From: Candidatus Methanomethylophilaceae archaeon
GTDB lineage: Archaea; Thermoplasmatota; Thermoplasmata; Methanomassiliicoccales; Methanomethylophilaceae
DNA length: 64,000 nt
Reading direction: 5' to 3'
NCBI GenBank assembly: GCA_944320495.1
Contig: CALUHR010000002.1
Span: 1 to 64,000, forward strand
Of the stretch, positions 46,923 to 57,337 are shown one piece after another. The notes under the pieces were generated by a model. The model was not told the origin of the DNA, searched no databases, and saw only the letters and a program-made list of their open reading frames with translations. Position 1 is the stretch's first letter; the number at the start of each line of letters is the position of its first letter. A program made the translations under genes and the position numbers.

Positions 46923-47780
46923 TCGTCCGGACCTGCGGACTGCCATGACCGCGATCGCCATGAACAGGGCGGTGACTGCGAGCGAGTACACCAGGGACGC
47001 GACCGCCGAGAACTCGAATCCTCCCAGCGCCAGGTCGAACCCCATGTCCGTCCTGAAGCCCTCTAGGACATCCGCGGGCGCTCCGGAGAACACGTCCCCA
47101 AGGGCCTCGGAGCACAGCGCCTCACGGAACAGCGCGGCCATCTGGCTGGCCGGGACCAGAGTCCCCACGACCTGCATCGCCTCTGGCATGGTGCCCATCG
47201 GCATGTAGATGCCAGACAGGAACCCGATCATCACGCTGACCACGGTGAAGAACCCGGAGAACGCCCCGGTGCTCCTGATGAACGACACCATCGCATACAC
47301 GATTACCGAACCGGTAAGAGCCGAAGGTACCAGGAGGACGATGCACTCCGCGACACCGGCGGCGGACAGCGGGCAGCCCACGGCGACCAAGTACGCGAGG
47401 CATATCACAAGAGCGATCAGGCTCATGACCAGGCCGGACGCGAAGGTGCTCAGCACGTGACCACCGACGACCTCCCACCTGCTCAGGGGCGTGACGGCGA
47501 TGTCCCTGTCCCTTCCGGACACACGGTCCTCGACCATGGTCTGCAGCGAACCCGCCGAGGCCGTGACGGGGACGATGCCCAGGATGCCCGCCATCACCCA
47601 TGCGTCGATGAGATGGGGCATCCCGTCCATCTCCGGGTACGAGGAGATGAGGATGTCCCTCAGGAACAGCAGGTACAGCAGCACCACGATGAGGACGGCC
47701 ATCAGCGAGAACAGGACCGACTGCCTGTCGCGAAGATAGCACAGGGTGTTCCTCTTCGCCAGTGCCAGCATCCCGCTCAT
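46923..47780 (-). CDS. ABC-2 transporter permease (ends at CGA 46925-46923)
   Basis: MLALAKRNTLCYLRDR...GFLSGIYMPMG...; 285 aa, last TM followed by RRSG and CGA. Confidence 0.9.
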
Positions 47781-48703
47781 TCCATCTCCTCCCCCGTGAT
47801 CCTGATGAACGCGTCGTCCAGCGTCCCTGTCCTGACCTCGAACGAGGACATCATGCCCTCCAGCCGTCCTAGGACCCCCACCGCATCCAGCGTGGAAACC
47901 ATGGGGACCTCGAAGACCCCGCGAGACTCCGAGTATCCCAGACCCATGGAGTCCAGGACCCCGCGGACGCCCTCCGGGTCCGATGCGGCCACCGTGAGCA
48001 TGTCCGAGCAGTACGTCTCCTTGAGGAACTCGGGCGTGCCGTGGGCAACGACCCTTCCGCGGTTGATGACCACCACGTCATCGGCATCGGCCGCCTCCTC
48101 CATGTAGTGGGTGGTCAGCAGGACGGTCATCCCCTCCTCGGAGCTGAGAGACCTGACGGTTTCCCAGATGCGCATCCTCGTCTGAGGGTCCAGGCCCGAT
48201 GTGGGCTCGTCGAGCAACAGCAGCCTGGGACGGTGTACCAGGGCCCTGGCTATGTCAGCCCTCCGCCTCTGCCCTCCCGACAGGTCCCCGTACCTGCGGT
48301 CGGCGAACTCGTCACAGTCCGCCAGCTTCATAGCGTCGAAGACGGCATCGGAGAGCTCGGTGCCCGAAAGACCATACATCCCTCCCCTCAGGGCCAGGTT
48401 CTCGCGGACGGTCAGGATACGGTCCATCATGGACCCCTGGAAGACCACCCCTACATCGCGCCTCACCGCCGGATCGCCCGCGTCCCTGCCGAACACCTCC
48501 ACGATACCTGAATCGCGTGCCAGGGTGGAGCATATGATGGACAGCGTGGTGCTCTTGCCGGCCCCGTTGGGGCCGAGGAAGGCGAAGAACGATCCCGCGG
48601 GGACCTCGAACCCTATGCCGTCGACCGCACGCACGCCGCCATAGCTCTTGACGAGGTCGCGGACGATCAGGGCGGGAACATCTGTGGTTGCGTCTTGGGC
48701 CAT
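47777..48703 (-). CDS. ABC transporter ATP-binding protein
   Basis: GPNGAGKST, LSGGQRRRADIARAL, LLDEPTSGLDP, TTHYMEEA. Confidence 0.95.
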   Translation of the reverse strand: MAQDATTDVPALIVRDLVKSYGGVRAVDGIGFEVPAGSFFAFLGPNGAGKSTTLSIICSTLARDSGIVEVFGRDAGDPAVRRDVGVVFQGSMMDRILTVRENLALRGGMYGLSGTELSDAVFDAMKLADCDEFADRRYGDLSGGQRRRADIARALVHRPRLLLLDEPTSGLDPQTRMRIWETVRSLSSEEGMTVLLTTHYMEEAADADDVVVINRGRVVAHGTPEFLKETYCSDMLTVAASDPEGVRGVLDSMGLGYSESRGVFEVPMVSTLDAVGVLGRLEGMMSSFEVRTGTLDDAFIRITGEEME

Positions 48704-48836
48704 TGTGGGACTCCCCCGGGTCGGAACGTGACAGACCGGCGAAACCGGAACACGGACCTCGGATATCAACCAACCGATGGAGTGCTATGGAGAACTGGCT
48801 CTTGGTATGATGAAAATTGAAGAAAAAGGAAATGAG

Positions 48837-48909
48837 TGCTCCCGACGGGATTTGAACCCGTGTCGAAGCCTCGAGAGGGCTTCATGATTGGCCGCTACAC
48901 TACAGGAGC
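48837..48909 (-). tRNA. tRNA-Glu(CUC)
   Basis: GCTCCTG acceptor, anticodon arm AAGCC-CT CTC GA-GGCTT, GGTTCAAATCC. Confidence 0.95.
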
Positions 48910-48935
48910 TTGTTAAACCTGGGAATGCTCCCATG

Positions 48936-48950
48936 TATATAATGTTTTCG
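48936..48950 (-). promoter_or_regulatory. BRE + TATA (CGAAAA-CA-TTATATA) of tRNA-Glu
   Basis: TATA 27 nt upstream of the tRNA 5' end. Confidence 0.75.
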
Positions 48951-48953
48951 GTA

Positions 48954-49736
48954 TCGGAAGTCACTCGGGCGGATCGCAGGCAGTCTCTTGTGCTCCATGG
49001 ACCTCACCTGAGCCCTGATTCTGGCGATTTCGGACAGTTCGAGACCCGTGTCTGCGGCGATCTGCGAGTCTGAACAGTCACGCTCGAGATCGAACAGGAT
49101 GCCGTCGAGATCCTCGTACCTGATGCCCATCTCCGACTCGTCAGTCTGTCCCTCCCAGAGCCCGGCGGACGGGGGCTTGGCGATTATGTCCTCCGGGACG
49201 CCGATGATCCTGGCCAGCTGCCTGACCTCGGTCTTGTAGAGGTTGGCGAGCGGAGTGACGTCGCATGCGCCGTCGCCGAACTTCGTGAAGTATCCCATCA
49301 TGATCTCGCTCTGGTTCGACGTACCGAACACCAGGTAGTCTCTCTTCTTCGCCATGTTGTACAGGACGATCATCCTGCATCTGGCGGAGATGTTTCCCCT
49401 CTCCAGAGGCGTCTCCTTCCCGGACAACAGGACCGCCGCCAGGGCGTCCACCGCGGGCTGGATGTCGACCACCTTGTACTCGGCCCCCCACATCGAGCTC
49501 AGTTCCGAGGTGACCTTGTAGTCCTCGGCGGGCGTCACACGGGAGGGCATGAAGATGTTGAGCACCCTGTCGGGACCCAGCGCGTCCGCGCACAGTTTGG
49601 TGACCGTGGCGGAGTCCAGACCTCCGCTGAGACCGACCACCGCTCCCTTGCATCCCGTGCGCTCGGCGGTGGTGCGGATGAATGAGACGAGGGCATCAGC
49701 ATCCTCTCTGGTGACCTGCGGGATCTTGGACGACAT
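48954..49736 (-). CDS. nadE: NH3-dependent NAD+ synthetase (ends at CGA 48956-48954; standard-code end TAG 48900 lies inside the tRNA)
   Basis: VGLSGGLDSA, GNISARCRM, GTSNQSE..MGYFTKFGDG, KPPSAGLWEGQTDE, MEHKR. Confidence 0.95.
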
Positions 49737-49812
49737 ACCCTCCGGGAATCGTGTGCTGCGGATTTAACGTTGTTCCCGATGGGATTTAAAGGGAGGGCAA
49801 CGATAAGAGTTT

Positions 49813-50595
49813 ATGCAAGTGGACATCGCACTGTGCCAGATCCGTCCGATGACCGGATCCCCGGAGATGAACGCAGAGACGGTGGCCAACATGCTGGTAT
49901 CCCGGGACGAGGAGGTCCTGATTTTTCCCGAGTCCTTCCTCACCGGTTACGGGGTGTCGCCCGAAGGCCTGGAGGAGCGCATCTCCGCCGCGCTGACCAC
50001 CATCTCTGACACCTGTCGCAAGTACGACAAGGCGGTGGCCGTGGGAACCCCCATGCCGAGTCCAGAGGGATGGACCAACAGCCTGGCGTTCCTATCTCCC
50101 GACGGCGACTCATATTACGACAAGATCCACCTCGCCAGGTTCGGCGTGTACGCCGAGGACGGGTACGTCGCCGGCAGGAAGCCGTCGATGGGGTCCTACC
50201 ACGGCATCAGGTTCGGATTCAGCATATGCTACGACATCTACTTCCCCGAGGTCCTGCACGGATGCTCCCTGAGACGCGCGGACGTGAACATATGTATCTC
50301 CGCGGCGGCCACCCCGTCCGCGCCTTACTTCGAGACCATCCTGCCCGCCAGGGCCCTGGAGAACGTGACCTACCTCGCGTTCGTGAACAACGTGGGTCCC
50401 GCCAACAGCCTCGTCATGGCAGGGACGTCCCGCGCCGTGGATCCTCTAGGCCGGGAGATCGTGCGCTGCCCCGCCGACACCGAAGCGGTCGAGACCTTCA
50501 CTTTCGACACGGAAGTTCTCGCGAAGGCCCGTTCCACACGCAGACATCTGCAGGATTTCAGGTCCGACATAGACTGGTTCAGGCAAAGCTTTTAA
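49813..50595 (+). CDS. Carbon-nitrogen hydrolase (nitrilase/amidase) family, divergent from nadE
   Basis: FPESFLTGY (E), YDKIHL (K), ICYDIYFPE (C) catalytic triad. Confidence 0.92.
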   Translation: MQVDIALCQIRPMTGSPEMNAETVANMLVSRDEEVLIFPESFLTGYGVSPEGLEERISAALTTISDTCRKYDKAVAVGTPMPSPEGWTNSLAFLSPDGDSYYDKIHLARFGVYAEDGYVAGRKPSMGSYHGIRFGFSICYDIYFPEVLHGCSLRRADVNICISAAATPSAPYFETILPARALENVTYLAFVNNVGPANSLVMAGTSRAVDPLGREIVRCPADTEAVETFTFDTEVLAKARSTRRHLQDFRSDIDWFRQSF

Positions 50596-50624
50596 TTAGG
50601 GGTTCGAGTTCCCCCAATCCTTAA

Positions 50625-50708
50625 GCCGAGATGGCCCAGCCCGGTAAGGCGCGAGCCTGGAAAGCTCGTGGGAACTTTCCCTCGGGAGTTCAAATCTCCC
50701 TCTCGGCG
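50625..50708 (+). tRNA. tRNA-Ser(GGA)
   Basis: GCCGAGA/TCTCGGC acceptor, CGAGC-CT GGA AA-GCTCG, long variable arm. Confidence 0.95.
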
Positions 50709-50781
50709 CTTCTTCCCATTTTTCCGACCCTCACCCCTATATACGCTCCGCCCATCACCGCCTCATAATAGGTGCGCGCGC

Positions 50782-51273
50782 ATGATAGTGAACGCTGAGC
50801 TCTACGTCAAGGACCTCCCTGGACAGCTGGTCGGCTCCCTCGAGCCCATATCCGTCGTGGACGGGAACATCCTGGGAGTCGTCCACAACCGCGAGAGGAT
50901 CGTGAACCACCGCATCTGCATCAACATCACGTTCGAGGCGGAGGACGACCAGCTCGAGAGGCTCAAGGCCATCTGGAAGTCCAAGGACATCATCATCTCG
51001 AAGATCGGGACCGCCTATGAGACCTTCACCATGGACTACATGCTGATAGGCGATATCGATGCGAGGTACATCGAGAGGCTCATCAACAAGGCATCCACGA
51101 TAGCGGACCTCGACGGTGTCGAGGTCAGCTACTCATCCAAGACCGGGGACTACTCCAAGCGCACCGGCATGCTCTCCGTGAAGACCAAGAGCCAAGAGGA
51201 CCTGGACAAGCTTGACGGCTTCCTCGACGACGAGTGCCGCCGCAGCGGCATCACATACGTGAGGGGTGTCTGA
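50782..51273 (+). CDS. ACT-domain protein (putative allosteric partner of homoserine dehydrogenase)
   Basis: [16 protein letters not shown]...[11 protein letters not shown] pattern; overlaps the hom start. Confidence 0.8.
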   Translation: MIVNAELYVKDLPGQLVGSLEPISVVDGNILGVVHNRERIVNHRICINITFEAEDDQLERLKAIWKSKDIIISKIGTAYETFTMDYMLIGDIDARYIERLINKASTIADLDGVEVSYSSKTGDYSKRTGMLSVKTKSQEDLDKLDGFLDDECRRSGITYVRGV

Positions 51274-52276
51274 GATGAGGGTTTTCATCTGCGGATTCGG
51301 AACAGTGGGACAGGGCTTCTGTGAGGTCCTGGCCGCCCGCCGCCAGTTCCTCATAGACCGCTACGGGGAGCCAGTCACCGTCGTCGGGGCCATGGATTCC
51401 AAGACCTACGCCTACAACCCGAACGGGTTCGACCCCCTGGAGCTCGTCTCCGTCAAGCAGGGGACGGGGAGGGTCGGCACTGAGACGTACCAGGACTCCG
51501 TCGAGGTCCTCTCCGGAGCGGAGTTCGACATCCTCGTTGAGGTCAGCCCCACCGATGTGAAGACCGGCGGAGCCGGACTCAGGAACATAGAGTACGCGCT
51601 CGGCAACGGGAAGGATGTCATCACGGTCAACAAGGGCCCGCTGGCCCTGAAATTCCGCCATCTCATAGACCTGGCCGAGAGCAACGGATGCTGCCTCCGC
51701 TTCGAGGGATCCGTCGGCGGCGCCATGCCCATCATCAACCTCTGCCGCGACAACCTGGCCGGAGAGAGGATAGAATCCATACGCGGCATATTCAACGGAA
51801 CATGCAACTTCATACTCAGCAAGATGGACACCGGACAGCCGTTCGAGCAGGTCCTCAAGGAGGCCCAGCAGATGGGCTACGCCGAGACGGACCCGACAAA
51901 CGACATCGAGGGGTACGACAGCGCGTGCAAGGTCGTCATCCTCGCCAACGCCGTGTTCGGCCGCGACGTCACGTTCAACGACGTGAGGATCACCGGCATC
52001 ACATCGATCACCGAGGACGCCATCTCCCTGGCCGCCTCGCACAACATGGTCATAAGGCTCATAGGTGAGGTCTCCGAGAGCAAGCTGGAGGTGGGGCCCA
52101 GGCTCGTGCCCAGAGGACACCCCCTCGGCATCTCTGGGACACTGAACACCGCCCAGATCCTGTCCGACCTCGCCGGACCGGTAACGGTCACCGGCAGGGG
52201 TGCTGGCAGGATCGAGACCGCCTCGGCGATACTGAGCGACCTCATATCCATCATGGACGAGAGGGCGAGACGGCGA
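51266..52276 (+). CDS. hom: Homoserine dehydrogenase (CGA 52274-52276 directly before TGA 52277-52279)
   Basis: [61 protein letters not shown]. Confidence 0.96.
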
Positions 52277-53841
52277 TGAGACGTGTATTCATCTACGACA
52301 CCACGCTCAGGGACGGCGCCCAGTGCGAGGGCGTCTCGTTCTCCTGCGAGGACAAGCTGGACATACTGAGGAGACTGGACTCGTTCGGGACGGACTTCGT
52401 CGAAGGCGGATGGCCCGGATCGAACCCCAGGGACGACGAGTTCTTCGCCCGCGCATCCAGCCTGGGATTGACGAATACAGCGCTCACCGCCTTCGGCAGC
52501 ACCCGCAGGTACGGTGTGCGTCCAGAGGATGACGCGAACCTGAAGGCATTGGCATCCTGCCCAGCCGAGTGGTGCTGCATATTCGGGAAGTCCTGGGACT
52601 TCCAGGTCACGGAGGCCCTCGGCATCTCTCTTGAGGAGAACCTCGCCATGGTGGAGGACAGCGTGGCCTTCCTCGCATCCAAGGGCAAGAGGGTCATGTT
52701 CGACGCCGAGCACTTCTTCGACGGCTGGAGGTCCGACAGGGAGTACGCCCTGAGGGTCCTCGAGGCCGCCGAGAGGGGCGGCGCCGGGTGGGTGGTCCTC
52801 TGCGACACCAACGGCGGATCGCTGCCGTCCACGGTGGCGGAGGGGTGCAGGGACGCCATCTCCCGCGTCAGGATACCGGTCGGGATCCACTGCCACAACG
52901 ATTCCGATCTGGCCACCGCCTGCTCGCTCGCCGCCGTGGAGGCTGGATGCACCATGGTCCAGGGGACCGTGAACGGCCTCGGCGAGAGGTGCGGCAACGC
53001 CAACCTCTGCGCCGTCATCCCCGACCTGGCACTCAAGATGGGCGTGGACGTCGGCGAGGCGGACATACCCGGCATCACCGGGCTATCGAAGTTCGTGGGG
53101 GAGGTGGCCAACATGTCACCCTCCCCGGGGATGCCCTTCACCGGCGACCGCGCGTTCGCCCACAAGGGCGGGATGCACGTCTCCGCGCTGGTGAAGAACC
53201 CGCGCACCTACGAGCACGTCGACCCGGCATCGGTGGGCAACGCCAGGAGGGTCCTGGTGTCGGACATGGCAGGGAGAGCGAGCATCTCCGAGAAGCTGAG
53301 GGAGCTCGGCCTCGAGCCGGGCGAGGACAGCCCGGAGATCACCCGCATGATCAAGGAGATGGAGTCCCGCGGATACGAGTTCGAGGGGGCGGACGCCAGC
53401 TTCGAGCTCCTCGTCAGGAGGCTTCGCGGGGACCTCGCCCAGAGGTTCCGCGTGGAGGGCTTCAGGGTGTTCATGGACAGCCGCGAGGGCGGCATGGACT
53501 CCGAGGCCAGCGTGAAGGTCGTGGACGCGGACGGCGTGATGGAGCACACCGCCGCTGACGGCAACGGTCCCGTCAACGCCCTCGACAACGCGCTCAGGAA
53601 GGCCCTGCAGGGCTTCTTCCCGGGACTCAAAGAGATAAGACTGACTGATTACAAGGTACGCGTCCTCGACGAAAAATCGGCCACAAGGGCCAGCGTCAGG
53701 GTGCTGATCAGGACCACCGACGGGGTCAACAGCTGGACCACCGTGGGCGTGTCCGAAAACGTGATAGAGGCGAGTCTAATCGCACTCATCGATTCCCTGG
53801 AATACGCCCTCATGCTGCAGGGCCAGGAGGAGATACAATGA
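52276..53841 (+). CDS. cimA: Citramalate synthase (bacterial CimA type, alpha-IPM synthase family)
   Basis: [57 protein letters not shown]. Confidence 0.88.
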   Translation: MRRVFIYDTTLRDGAQCEGVSFSCEDKLDILRRLDSFGTDFVEGGWPGSNPRDDEFFARASSLGLTNTALTAFGSTRRYGVRPEDDANLKALASCPAEWCCIFGKSWDFQVTEALGISLEENLAMVEDSVAFLASKGKRVMFDAEHFFDGWRSDREYALRVLEAAERGGAGWVVLCDTNGGSLPSTVAEGCRDAISRVRIPVGIHCHNDSDLATACSLAAVEAGCTMVQGTVNGLGERCGNANLCAVIPDLALKMGVDVGEADIPGITGLSKFVGEVANMSPSPGMPFTGDRAFAHKGGMHVSALVKNPRTYEHVDPASVGNARRVLVSDMAGRASISEKLRELGLEPGEDSPEITRMIKEMESRGYEFEGADASFELLVRRLRGDLAQRFRVEGFRVFMDSREGGMDSEASVKVVDADGVMEHTAADGNGPVNALDNALRKALQGFFPGLKEIRLTDYKVRVLDEKSATRASVRVLIRTTDGVNSWTTVGVSENVIEASLIALIDSLEYALMLQGQEEIQ

Positions 53842-54110
53842 GCAGAACCATAGTGACCCTGGTCGGCAGGGACCACGTCGGCATCATCGCCGCAGTTTGC
53901 AACTTCTTCGCCGAGAACGACATCAACATCCTCGACATCAAACAGACCACAGTCCAGGACTACATCAACATGATCCTGATCGTCGACACCTCGGGATACA
54001 CCCAGGGGTTCGACAAGCTCAACGAGGGTCTGGAGAGGGTCGGCGAGAAGGTCGGCTGCATCATCAAGGCCACGCACGAGGACGTCTTCCAGATGATGCA
54101 CAGGATCTGA
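53838..54110 (+). CDS. ACT-domain protein (UPF0237)
   Basis: [13 protein letters not shown]...NILDIKQT...[11 protein letters not shown]. Confidence 0.92.
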   Translation: MSRTIVTLVGRDHVGIIAAVCNFFAENDINILDIKQTTVQDYINMILIVDTSGYTQGFDKLNEGLERVGEKVGCIIKATHEDVFQMMHRI

Positions 54111-54114
54111 GAAC

Positions 54115-55479
54115 ATGGTGGAGCTAAGCGAGGTCTTCGAGACCTACGAGATGGTCTCCCATGAGAACCTGGACGTCAGGACGATCACCATGGGCATCAG
54201 CCTGCTGGACTGCATCGACCCCGACCTGGACGCCCTCTGCGCCAAGATCCACGACAAGATCGTCAGGCTCGCCGGGAGGCTCGTCGAGGTCGGGGACCAG
54301 CTCGGCGTGGAGTTCGGTGTACCCGTCATCAACAAGAGGGTGTCCGTCACCCCGATCGCCATCGTGGGCGGGGCGGCGTGCAGATCGCCCGCCGACTTCG
54401 TGCGCATAGCCGAGACGCTGGACGCCACGGCCGACGAGATCGGCATCAACTTCATCGGAGGATACTCCGCCCTCGTCCAGAAGGGCATGACCCCCGCCGA
54501 CAGGATGCTCATAGAGTCCATCCCCGAAGCCCTGGCGAAGACCGAGCGCGTATGCTCGTCCATCAGTCTGGGATCCACTCGCACCGGCATCAACATGGAC
54601 GCCGTCAGGCTCATGGGCGACATCGTCGTACGCGCCGCTGAGGCCACGAAGGACAGGGACTCCATCGGATGCGCCAAGCTCGTCGTGTTCTGCAACCCGC
54701 CGGACGACAACCCGTTCATGGCCGGGGCGTTCCACGGCGTGACCGAGGCCGATCACGTGATCAATGTCGGAGTCAGCGGACCCGGCGTCGTCAGGGAGGC
54801 CCTCACGAAGGTCCGTGGAAGGAGCTTCGAGGAGCTCTGCGAGACCATCAAGAAGACCGCATTCAAGGTCACCAGGGTAGGCCAGCTGTTCGCCAAAGAG
54901 GCGTCCAAGAGGCTGGACACCCCGTTCGGCATCGTCGACCTCTCCCTCGCTCCCACGCCCGCAGTCGGGGACAGCATCGCAGACATCATCCACGAGATGG
55001 GCATGGAGTACGCCGGGGCCCCCGGGACCACGGCCGCCCTGGCCATCCTCAACGACCAGGTCAAGAAGGGTGGCGTCATGGCATCGTCCTACGTCGGAGG
55101 GCTCAGCGGGGCGTTCATCCCCGTGACCGAGGACAGCGCGATGGCAGAGGCGGCCGAGATCGGCGCCCTCACCCTCGAGAAGCTCGAGGCCATGACCTGC
55201 GTCTGCTCCGTCGGTCTGGACATGATCGCCGTGCCCGGGGACGTCCCCGCCACGTCCATCGCTGGGATCATCGCGGACGAGATGGCCATAGGCATGGTCA
55301 ACCAGAAGACCACCGCGGTCAGGATCATCCCCGTCATAGGCAAGACCGTCGGCGACCGCGTGGCATTCGGCGGTCTCCTGGGAGACGCCGGCATCATGCC
55401 CGTCAACAGGTACGACTGCGCCGACTTCGTAAACAGGGGCGGAAGGATCCCCGCTCCGATCCACAGCTTCAAGAACTGA
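54115..55479 (+). CDS. PFL-like/UPF0210 (DUF711) protein
   Basis: [52 protein letters not shown]. Confidence 0.93.
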   Translation: MVELSEVFETYEMVSHENLDVRTITMGISLLDCIDPDLDALCAKIHDKIVRLAGRLVEVGDQLGVEFGVPVINKRVSVTPIAIVGGAACRSPADFVRIAETLDATADEIGINFIGGYSALVQKGMTPADRMLIESIPEALAKTERVCSSISLGSTRTGINMDAVRLMGDIVVRAAEATKDRDSIGCAKLVVFCNPPDDNPFMAGAFHGVTEADHVINVGVSGPGVVREALTKVRGRSFEELCETIKKTAFKVTRVGQLFAKEASKRLDTPFGIVDLSLAPTPAVGDSIADIIHEMGMEYAGAPGTTAALAILNDQVKKGGVMASSYVGGLSGAFIPVTEDSAMAEAAEIGALTLEKLEAMTCVCSVGLDMIAVPGDVPATSIAGIIADEMAIGMVNQKTTAVRIIPVIGKTVGDRVAFGGLLGDAGIMPVNRYDCADFVNRGGRIPAPIHSFKN

Positions 55480-55495
55480 CCGGGCGGAAGCCCGG
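55480..55495 (+). terminator. CCGGGC-GGAA-GCCCGG hairpin (GNRA loop) right after stop
   Basis: 6-bp stem; pyrimidine-rich sequence follows. Confidence 0.65.
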
Positions 55496-55640
55496 CAAAC
55501 CCCTTCCATTCTTCTCTCGATTCTTGCAGAAGGACCGGGTGCTCGGACCGATGATGGAATCATTCAAAAATTAAGGGATTTAAGAAAAGTTTGCTCGGCA
55601 CCGAAGTGCCAGAGAATTAGAAGTAGTGAAGTGCACAAGG

Positions 55641-55809
55641 TGGGGGCAGAGGGATTTGAACCCTCGTCAGCGGGTTTCCTCCACCGGGGAGCGACCCCGG
55701 ATGAATCAATGAGTCATCGCTCCAGTTAGTCATCAACTGTCAGCAAACCCATTTTCAATCACTCTCAATAACTGGAGCCCACCAGTCTGCCAGGTTAGCC
55801 TATACCCCC
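55641..55809 (-). tRNA. tRNA-Trp(CCA) with 96-nt intron (55676-55771)
   Basis: Exon 1 55809-55772 ends GTGGG-CT CCA G; exon 2 55675-55641 starts A-CCCGC; canonical 37/38 intron position. Confidence 0.93.
55676..55771 (-). ncRNA. Intron-encoded box C/D guide RNA
   Basis: C-like GTGATTGA, D' CTGA, C' TTGATGA, D-like ATGA; guides ATGGGTTTG and TAACTGGAG are complementary to the pre-tRNA and place C39 and C34 at the +5 position. Confidence 0.85.
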
Positions 55810-55835
55810 TTGTTGAGCGTGATTGCGAGTTGCAA

Positions 55836-55943
55836 TCACTTCTTGCGCATCTTCGCTGCTCTCTTTCTTCTCCTCATCTTCTTCTTGCGCCACTTCCAAC
55901 GCTGGTTGCCGCGTTTCTTCCAGGCGCGCGAGCTTCTCTTCAT
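55836..55943 (-). CDS. rpl41e: Ribosomal protein eL41-like (35 aa)
   Basis: Not in ORF track. MKRSSRAWKKRGNQRWKWRKKKMRRRKRAAKMRKK. Confidence 0.85.
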   Translation of the reverse strand: MKRSSRAWKKRGNQRWKWRKKKMRRRKRAAKMRKK

Positions 55944-55990
55944 GATCGTTCCTTCCTGAATGTTGTCCCCCGGAGGGGTTGCATCCTAGG

Positions 55991-56065
55991 CGGGCCCGCC
56001 GGGATTCGAACCCGGGGCGTCTGGCTTAGAAGGCCAGCGCTATATCCTGGCTAAGCCACAAGCCC
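55991..56065 (-). tRNA. tRNA-Arg(UCU)
   Basis: CTGGC-CT TCT AA-GCCAG anticodon arm; GGTTCGAATCC. Confidence 0.95.
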
Positions 56066-56116
56066 GCTCTTCCCCTCCATCTGCTAATATGATTTAAAGG
56101 TTACTCGGAGCCAGCA

Positions 56117-56695
56117 TCACGCACCTGTCGAGATGTAATCGGTAATCGAACCATAGCCCATGAACATGAACGCCGCCTCGGCGATGCATATCAGTCCCAG
56201 GACCAGGAGAAGGGGCCACCAGTTCAGAATCTTTCCCACGCCCTTGACGAGCGCCTCCGCGAAGTTGAGCAGCCCGTAGACCACCGCACCGAGTATGAAC
56301 GCGACGATGATCCTCACCGGGTTCTCGGAGAGGAAACTGACGTCGAAGTCGGACACGGTCGTCACACCTCCGAGCCAGATGTACACGAGAACCATCACGA
56401 ACAGCGCGATGATGACCGCGAAGTGGACCTCGCGGAACGGACGGATGATGAGCGTGAAGGCCGCGACGGCGACGAAAACCGACGTCACCATGGCCCATGT
56501 GCCGTAGTAGGAGGCGGCCTCTATGGCCATGAAGACCCCGAACAGGAAGCCGAGGAACATCAGCCCCTTGTACTTCCAGGAGTCCTTGTCTTTGACGTAC
56601 GTGACGGCGATGAGCACCGCCAACAGGCCTCCGATCAGTAGAATGGTCTGGGGGAGATTGTCACCCAGCCAGGTCATTATGTCTGTCCCATCCAT
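56117..56695 (-). CDS. Hypothetical multi-pass membrane protein
   Basis: About 6 hydrophobic segments. Confidence 0.8.
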   Translation of the reverse strand: MDGTDIMTWLGDNLPQTILLIGGLLAVLIAVTYVKDKDSWKYKGLMFLGFLFGVFMAIEAASYYGTWAMVTSVFVAVAAFTLIIRPFREVHFAVIIALFVMVLVYIWLGGVTTVSDFDVSFLSENPVRIIVAFILGAVVYGLLNFAEALVKGVGKILNWWPLLLVLGLICIAEAAFMFMGYGSITDYISTGA

Positions 56696-56731
56696 ATGTA
56701 AGAAAACGGATGATGGTTATAAAGGGGTTAG

Positions 56732-56749
56732 GCCCGCCCGGAGGCGGGC
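56732..56749 (-). terminator. GCCCGCC-UCCG-GGCGGGC hairpin
   Basis: 7-bp stem with UNCG loop, 7 nt after the stop at 56757. Confidence 0.6.
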
Positions 56750-56756
56750 TCTTGGA

Positions 56757-57155
56757 TCATGCGATCTGTTTTCCGGCGTCGGGATTGGCGCCCTGGTTGT
56801 AGACAGCCTCGACGTCGAACACCCACATCGCGTTGGCGTGGAGGTGAATGGGGGCGAGAGCCTCGTTCATCTTGTCGAGGTCGGCACCGGAGTCGATGCG
56901 GACAGGGTTCTTTACGTCAATCTCCCAGGCCTCCATGCCGGCGGCAATCATGAAGGAGGCTTTCGGATTCTCGGCCAGGTTGGCGGCCGACTTCTTCATC
57001 AGGACCTCTCCGACGACCATTTTGTCGGGAGCGGGGGACATGATGGTGCCGCAGACGATGGCATGGGGCTGCCCGTCTTTTCCAGCTGTGACGAGTACCT
57101 TGACGGTACCCTGTGCGTTCATTTTCTCGATGACATTGGACGGAATGCTTGCCAT
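56757..57155 (-). CDS. Pyridoxamine 5'-phosphate oxidase-like FMN-binding protein
   Basis: VLVTAGKDGQPH...KKSAANLAENPKASF...VEAVYNQGANPDAGKQI. Confidence 0.85.
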   Translation of the reverse strand: MASIPSNVIEKMNAQGTVKVLVTAGKDGQPHAIVCGTIMSPAPDKMVVGEVLMKKSAANLAENPKASFMIAAGMEAWEIDVKNPVRIDSGADLDKMNEALAPIHLHANAMWVFDVEAVYNQGANPDAGKQIA

Positions 57156-57337
57156 TCGAATCACCATATTCTGAATCGGGCTGTCAGTATTTGGGGGATT
57201 GGTATCATGGATGTAATCTGTCATCAGATTGGAGCATACGTCCAATATTTTGCCTGGACCACGTTTTTAATATCAAAAAGTGGCAACATTTATTATTATT
57301 CATAATAGTTAGTGACTAGATGTACCAGCACACATAG

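Noticed and set aside
46539-47780. Novel ABC-permease/glyoxalase fusion protein
   Set aside because: In-frame CGA at the permease end and a separate RBS+ATG for the VOC domain; better explained as two genes.
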